A DNA stretch of 64,000 nt, taken from Octopus sinensis (Eukaryota). Positions 56,722-64,000 of this stretch are shown here, piece after piece. Within the stretch, counting starts at the first letter, position 1. Each line of letters starts with the position of its first letter. A program made the translations under genes and the position numbers. The notes beneath the pieces were generated by a model. It made no database searches. It was not told the DNA's origin and worked only from the letters and a program-made list of their open reading frames with translations. The stretch is from contig NC_042997.1 in assembly GCF_006345805.1 (NCBI RefSeq), positions 205,220,001 to 205,284,000 of the forward strand, read 5' to 3'.

Positions 56722-57482
56722 TACTCTAGGCACAAGGACCGAAAGTTTGGGGGAGGCGGCCAGTGGATTAGATTGACCCCACCATGCAACTGGTACTTAA
56801 TTCATAGACCCTGAAAGAATGAAATGTGAAGTCGACCTCGGAGGAATTTGAACTCAGAACGTAACGCAGACGAAATACCTATTTCTTTACTACCCACAAG
56901 GGGCTAAACATAGAGTAGACAAACAAGGACAGACAAACGCATTAAGTCGATTATATCGACCTCCAGTGCGTTACTGGTACTTATTTTAATCGAACCCAAA
57001 AGGATGAAAGGCAAAGTCGACCTCGGAGGAATTTGAACTCAGAACATAACGGCAGACGAAAAACCTATTTTTATACTACCCACAAGGGGCTAAACATAGA
57101 GGAGACAAACAAGGACAGACAAACGCATTAAGTCGATTACATAGACGCCAGTGCGTAACTGGTACTTAATTTATCGACTCCGAAAGGATGAAAGGTAAAG
57201 TCGACCTCGGCGGAATTTGAACTCGGAACATAACGGCTGACGAAATACCTATTTCTTTATTATCTTAAGGGGCTAAACACAATGAGGACAAAAAAGGACA
57301 GACAAACAAATTAATTCGATTATATCGAGCCCAGTGCGTAACTGGTACTTAGTTTAATCGTCCCCGAAAGGAAGAAAGGCAAGGTCGACCTCGGCGGAAT
57401 TTGAACTCAGAAACGTAACGGCGGACGAAATACCGCTAAGCATTTCGTCCGGCGTGCTAACGTTTCTGCCAGCTCGCAGCCT
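56722..57482 (-). repeat. Tandem multimer (4 units, ~184-185 bp) of a third tRNA-derived SINE
   Basis: gtcgacctcgg recurs at 56831, 57016, 57200 and 57384. Only the last unit carries the SINE 5' head. The family also occurs at ~45832-46222 and ~54905-55058. Confidence 0.85.
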
Positions 57483-58039
57483 AAGCACCCTAAATTATTC
57501 ATGTATATGTGCGTGTGCGCGCACCGTTCATTTTTGATATTATTTACCCCTGACATCGAATTTTGTCAACATTTAATCATTTAAACATTGTTCTCTGCTT
57601 CGTAATTTTAAACCCTGTTAAAATCGCTTTTTTTTTCTATACATTTGTATCATTGATAAACAAAATGTTGCCGAAATTAGTTTGGTATAAATAAATAAAT
57701 TTTAAATAAATGAATTTATTTAAAAACAATTACAAGTTTTTTCAAATTCTGGTGTCTTTTCGCAAACATCTTCTCCTCTATTTCTTCCTGCAAGAAATCC
57801 ACCTCTTCTTTCCATATGTATATATATATATATATGTATGTATATATATAAATGTTTAAGTAGCTGAATGAATTATCCTAGTATGGATAATTCGGTTAAC
57901 CGATACCCGGGTAGCAAATTTACGCCAGAAAGCACGGTTGAAGCTACATACCAAGGGCAGAAATCACGTGCTTTCGTGTGGAAATTTGTGTGTTTTTTTA
58001 CTATAGATAAATGAAAGAATGGAGTCGAACGACGATTTA

Positions 58040-58144
58040 AAATTCCTTTATTCTCGACATATGTTTCGAAGACTGCATATTCTTAATTCCGAAGTAATAA
58101 ACGGTGCATTATGCCGTCTTCTCATCAGGAAAGACAAGGAACTT
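58040..58144 (-). ncRNA. Type I hammerhead ribozyme (Penelope pLTR-type)
   Basis: Minus strand: aagttccttgtctttc CTGATGA GAAGAC...GTCTTC GAAAC ATAT GTC| gagaataaaggaattt. Full core. Helix II GAAGAC/GTCTTC is extended by gcata/tatgc. Helix I is 4 bp, a 3x3 loop, then 9 bp. Helix III is the palindrome CATATG. Confidence 0.85.
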
Positions 58145-58712
58145 ATGTCAGCATCATGACGAACAAAAACTTTTAGATGACTGCCCACACGGAGTCCATA
58201 GTGATAATGAGTGTTTCTTTAAAATATTCCGTTATAAGCAGTGACGTCAAAATTGGTTGGATGGATAAGATTCTAAAAAGTTCAAGAGTTCAAAAATGAT
58301 TGGAAGGGGCAGGTTCTAAGAATAGGGGGGTGACAGTGTGCAAGTTGTATGTATGGTGGTGCGTTGTTGTTTGCTTTTGCCAATGAGATTGAGTGCCTAT
58401 GTGTGTGTATGTATATAACTGCATTCGTGTCTATGTGTGTGTATATATGTGCGTGATTGTTTGTGTGGGGGCATAATACTAAATATATCTAGTGGTGAAG
58501 TGACAGGTTTGTGTCTGTGTGTTTGATTGTGCTTATGATAGAGAGAGGGAGAGAGAGAGAGGGGGTAGAGGTAGAGAGACAAAGGTAGAACATACCCCAA
58601 CGAATTTGGTAGTAGGCCTTTAAGTAACGGAGTATAAAAAAAATTTGTATATGGTGTTGTTGTAGATGTGGAACCAAATTATTAAATTCAAGGAGGTTAT
58701 CTATATTAATCA

Positions 58713-60060
58713 TCATTCATATGAGTGGAAGGTGTGTTTCTGCCAGTGCATGCACCTATAGGATTTTTCTACCATTGTGTTTACTAAAGGGAATTTGGCG
58801 AAAAGTATATAGAAAAGCTCGGAATTACAGACGGCACGATATTTTCTGCCCTTATCAAAAGGAAAGGATACAGACAATATGGACCATTCCAGCTTGAAAG
58901 TTATATTGCTGTCCTTAAGACGCCAAACTAATTTACTTAGTCCTGTACTTTGTTGTTTCCTCTTATCTCGGAAAGTTGAATAATGATTGGAAATCCTCTG
59001 GGAAAATTTAGAAGTAGTCGCCCCAACATAGAAGAAGACACCGGTACCGAAAGAAACCCTACACTGGTAAATGGAATTTCTAATTTCGGAATTACTGGAC
59101 AAGAACTTTAATCTGTTAGGGTTTACCTCCGAGACTAAGACGGAGTTTTTATTGTTATGATTTCTGTTAATATAACTGCTAGCACTGACCACTATACTAT
59201 TTCTATTATTGTTATTATTACTATTAATTGTACTATCACCTGTAATATCCCTGACTATAGAAATGCTGCCATTGTTATCATCAATACTACCAGTGTTATT
59301 AGAAATGCTGTCGTTGTTACCACTAACACTACCACTGTTAATAATCCGACTAATATTATTATTAATATTACCACTGTAAATGCCAACGCTGTTATGAATG
59401 TTGCTATCATCAATACTATTTCTATTATTATTATTGTATGTTTGGTTGGAATTGGTAAGAATAGTGTTGTAACTCCCGGATGAAGAATCCTTGTTTAGCA
59501 GCTTGTTATTATGGGAGGCAATAATTTGCGATAGATTTCTAGTATTGGAGAATGCAATCCTTACCTTATGCGAATTGATAGTAGAGTAATACGTAGAATT
59601 CCTGGGAAAGTTCCTAGCTACGGCTTCACGGAACTGCAAAAGAAGGTTTGACTTGATTTGTTTTCCGAAAGGTATGACAAACCAGATATAGATTTTAGTG
59701 GACTTAGAATTGTTCAAAGTACTACCAGTTACATTAAAGGGAATATTTCTGTGCTGGAAAATTGGGGTTGGTTGCCGATTGCCTCCCCTGGTCCGTAAAT
59801 TATTTTTCTTAAGTATAGTGGTGCCGACGTTGTTAGAGCTGAAATCATTATTCTCACTATTTCTATTGTTATTAGTTTTCTTATCCTGAGAAGTATATAT
59901 AGGTTTAGAATGGGCCGGGTCAAAGCTGAAGTTGTCTATGTGTGGCAGGTTTGGCAGCCTTCAACTAACACTATCTCCTCCGAGACCCTGCGGCGCAAGT
60001 TGACCAAAATTGAGAGTATGATAGAAGGCTTGCTCTTCATTCCGTAGAAGATAAAATTCA
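58713..60060 (-). mobile_element. Penelope-like element remnant: RT-thumb region plus GIY-YIG endonuclease, with Asn/Ser-rich linkers
   Basis: IWFVIPF...KVRIAFSNTRNLSQIIASHNNKLL (thumb-like). SIYQCRV...FYVGATTSKFSQRISNHYSTF...STGLSKLVWRLK...EWSIL (GIY-YIG). The frame stays open ~80 codons upstream of 59717. Confidence 0.8.
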
Positions 60061-60301
60061 AATCGGACCATGTTAACACCAAAAATTATTTACATCAAAA
60101 AGGCGCTTTTTTTCCTATGAAAATTCCTATTTTTTACGTCTTTTTGACTGATTTTTGACAGCATTTGTCGGTGTATTTCAACCAGAAAAATGTTCACTTA
60201 AAGAGAATAACAAGCTACATAATGGAAACTTTTTTACTTTTCAAAAATTCCAATTCTAAAGGGTCGAAACAAACCCGAGCAACGGCGGGGGATACTGCTA
60301 G

Positions 60302-60368
<67 letters not shown>

Positions 60369-60736
60369 ATCCAAACAAGAAAACACAGAAAAAAACACAG
60401 CAACGCGAGGACGTGGAACAATTAAAGTATTATTTGACGCTCAGGAAAGAAGGGAAGGAGGGTTTAACGTTTCGAGCGGAGCTCTTCGTCGGAAACAAGG
60501 AGAAGGAAAGATCCCGAGAAGGGAAGACAGAGGAAAAAAATATTGTTGCTGGTGGTGCTCAAGAGATCACATATATACATATGTATGTATATATGTACTA
60601 GCTGACCACATGCCGTCCATAATGATGGCTAATTGTAGTATTTTATATACAAATAAGGTACAAAGTAAGGTACGTAATAATCACACATACAAACTCCTTT
60701 TGTACACACACACACACACACACACATACATAGATA

Positions 60737-60839
<103 letters not shown>

Positions 60840-61383
60840 TCGACGGGCTTCTTTCTGTTTCCGTCTACCAAATACACTCAGAAGACTTTGGTCGGCCCGA
60901 GGCTATAGTAGAAGATACTTGCCCAAGGTGTCACGAAGTGGGACTGAATCTGGAACCATGTGGTTGGGAAGCAAGCTTCTTAACACACAGCCAGAACACA
61001 CACACACACACACCACACACACACACACACAACACACACACACACACACACACACATACTCACACGCACACACATACTTACATATATGATAGTAGCCGAC
61101 TCGATTTCAAGTAGAGCCATATCTTGACTTAATTATGCCCTAGAATATCATCAATGAGCGGCACGAATGTGATCTTTGAGGCCTGCCAAAGACTTGCATG
61201 CTTTTTAACAATTAGCGCAAGAAAACTTGGTAATTGTATAGTTTACAGCTCCATGAACTTTACTGTGCCTCTTCAAGCCACTTTTCAATCTGCATACTTT
61301 ATGACAGAGGTTGCATTCGAAATCTTTTGTCCATCTATAATCAATGCGCGGTTGTGCCATGTGGGATTTCATGTGGCTCTTTA

Positions 61384-62080
61384 ACCCAGCCTTACTAAGG
61401 CAAATCTTTCCACATTCATCCCATGTATGATGACCACGTTCATCAATGTTTGTTGAATATCATTCCTGTCACTTTGTTTCATCTTTCTTTTGATCTTGCC
61501 ATGCTCCATTCTCTTTCTTTCAAATTCATTTTTGCCTTCATACGAAATTTTTTTCCATTTTTCTTGGCAATGCGCTAAATCTTCACAGTTGTCAATTGGA
61601 ACGTTTATCTTATTCAATCCTGACTTCAGACAATCTCTGTACCACGTCTTTGGTTTGTGGGACGGACGCTTACCTGTCACCAATTCTCCGTAAAAAAAGC
61701 TGTTTAGGCATTCTGTTGGTTGTCATTCTCACTAAGTGTCCATTCCATCTCAATCAGTACTGCAATAGCAAAGCTTCAATACCGAAGCATTTCCCTCTTT
61801 CAAGCCTCTTCATCGTCACTCACAAACATTTTCCAGATGATCCTCAAAATCCTTCTCAGACATTGTTGATGAAAACGTTCCATAAGTTTTAAGTGCTTAC
61901 GATACACAGTCCAGGTTTCGCAAGCATTCAACAAAGAGGTTAAGATACATGTATTGTATACCTTAATCTTTGTCGCATGTCTAGACCATAGGCGGTCTTC
62001 TAATTTGCCGAAAGCAAAACTGAGTTTCTGAATGCGTAGTGACACTTCATCATCAAGATTCGCTGATGTGTTTAATGTAT
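61384..62080 (-). mobile_element. RTE-clade LINE 3' fragment
   Basis: AFGKLEDRLW...TKIKVYNTCILTSLLNACETWTVYRKHLKLMERFHQQCLRRILRI, and GKRPSHKPKTWYRDCLK. Confidence 0.85.
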
Positions 62081-62334
62081 ATCATAATGTTTTACCCCAT
62101 TCGTGACAGAGATACGCTCCGACATAAATACACGTTATGTTATTTTTGCATTATTTCAAATGGAATACCCACAAATCTTATTGATTGAAATCCCAATAAC
62201 TGAACTATTATTAATTTATATTATTATATATTTTGTATATTTCTATATAAATATATATATATAAACTAGCTGAAGGTGACCCGCTGTACGCGCGGGTAAG
62301 AGTGTGGTTGTTACTTTCTGTTTTTCCTTTCAGC

Positions 62335-62648
62335 ACGTAAAAAGCACCATCCGAACGTGGCCGATTGCAGCGCCGCCTTGACTAGCTTCTGTGCCGGTGG
62401 CACGTAAAAAGCACCAACCGATCGTGGCCGCTGCCAGGCCCCCTGGCACCTGTGCCGGCGGCACGAAAAAAGCATCCCTCTCTACGCTCACAGAGTGGTT
62501 GGCGTTAGGAAGGGCATCCACCTGTAGAAACACTGCCAGATCAGACTGGAGCCTGGTGAAGCCTCCTGGCTTCCCAGACCCCGTCAAACTGTCCAACCCG
62601 TGCTAGCACGGAAAACGAACGGTAAACGATGATGATGATGATGATGAT
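62335..62648 (+). mobile_element. SINE 3' portion ending in (GAT)n
   Basis: gcacgtaaaaagcacc repeats, ttggcgttaggaagggcatcc motif and a gatgatgat tail. Confidence 0.6.
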
Positions 62649-64000
62649 TCTCTCTCTTTGTTTCTCTCTCCTTTCTCTCTCACTTTCCCCACTCTCTTAC
62701 TCTTCCTTTCTCTCGGACTCTCCCTCGCTTTCTCTTACTCTCTATCTTTATCTATCTCTCTCCCATTTATAAACAACAAAAGATCTTGAGTAAGTTGAGA
62801 AATAAAATAATTAGAAAGATCAATCATAAATATCAGGCAGTAACAACAGAAAGGTCTGCTTCAAGGCAGACAGCAAAACACTAACATTTAAAAGGGACAG
62901 ACGAACTTGCGAGCTGAATAAAAATAATAAAATATTGGAAACCAAAGTTTGAAGGGATAGAATGTGAGGATAGTAGAGTCACCATGGCTGGCATTTCTTA
63001 ACGACGGACAGCAACGTTTTGACAGTTTAACGGCTGGCGCAAAATTTGGAACTTGATGTAAAAGAAAATCCCTAAACACCAAGTTTTGAAGTGATTCTTT
63101 CTCACGACAGTAGACTCACCATGGCAAGCATTCAAAACTTCATCATGGACGGCAACACATTGACGATTGAAAGGCTGGCGCAAATTTTTTAGCTTAATGT
63201 AACAGAGAATTCCTAAACACCCGCTCCTTTAAATTTTAATCCCCTTCCAGCCCCATTTAGACCCCTTTTCACATTTTGGTTAATATAACCCGATTTGATT
63301 CGGGTCTACTGGGACCACATTTTATAAGAGGAGGAATTTTGTCCTAGAGGTCACACCTTTCATTCGAGGAAAAAAATAGTTGTCATGCAAACTTGCCAGC
63401 ACTTTTAATATAGGTCTGCATATTTTCAGCTCAACCGACCACATAATGCACAGATTATATATATATATATATGTATATATGTGTGTGTGTGTGAGTGTGT
63501 GTGTGTGTGTGTTGGAGTCTCTGTCATACGTGAGCGTTGACGCTGAATTCGACTGGTAAGCAGGTAACCTTGTCTTTGTTGAAATAGTTGTGAGCTGCTG
63601 GAGTTATTTCTCTGACGGGTAACAGGAATTTCCATATCCTCCGAGGAAACGAACTGTTGACCCAGACAATTAGAATTAATTTTAATAAAAGCATCAATTT
63701 AAGAAAAAATAATAAAGTAGTAAAAAATGAAAATTTAGCACGAAAAATTTGCAGGGTTCTAAATAAATGTTAAAATGTAATAGATACGAAAAACCTACGT
63801 TATCACCAGAACACGAACGCTCGTTGGCGTGTTCTGTTTGTATTTGCTCGATCGGCGTGTTGTGTTTGTATTTGCTCGATCGGCGCGTTGACAGGCAGAC
63901 AATAGAATGCGATGGCGAGATTAATAATATTTGTTGTCATGATTGTGTGTTGGTGGTGGCGATGGTAATTCTTTCTATGAATGCAGACAGATACATAAAA

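Noticed and set aside
62930-63225. ~140-bp diverged tandem duplication, plus short tandem duplications at ~19516-19578 and ~63810-63890
   Set aside because: They are real but only two or three degenerate units, with no structure suggesting function.

Overview
AT-rich, microsatellite-saturated animal DNA. The SINE, LINE and microsatellite landscape looks like an octopus (coleoid cephalopod) genome; that assignment is my inference. The only host genes I can support are four same-strand (+) copies of an uncharacterised gene whose ~730-740 aa coding sequence is uninterrupted by introns. It encodes a signal peptide, a ~195-aa Cys-containing ectodomain and roughly 9-11 hydrophobic helices. Copy 1 (11754-13976) is full length except for one in-frame TAG exactly where the paralogues have TGG (Trp92). 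Copy 2 (~24694-25220) is a 3' fragment, copy 3 (30162-32363) is intact, and copy 4 (43209-45410) is a multiply disrupted pseudogene. The rest is transposon debris: R4/Dong-type LINEs, several flanked by (TAA)n, with a head-to-tail pile-up at 46.6-54.3 kb; CR1-like and RTE-like LINE fragments; Penelope-like GIY-YIG remnants with two well-formed hammerhead ribozyme folds; several tRNA-derived SINE families; MITEs; Helitron-like elements; and local direct and inverted segmental duplications. Repeat boundaries are approximate and all identities were judged by eye.
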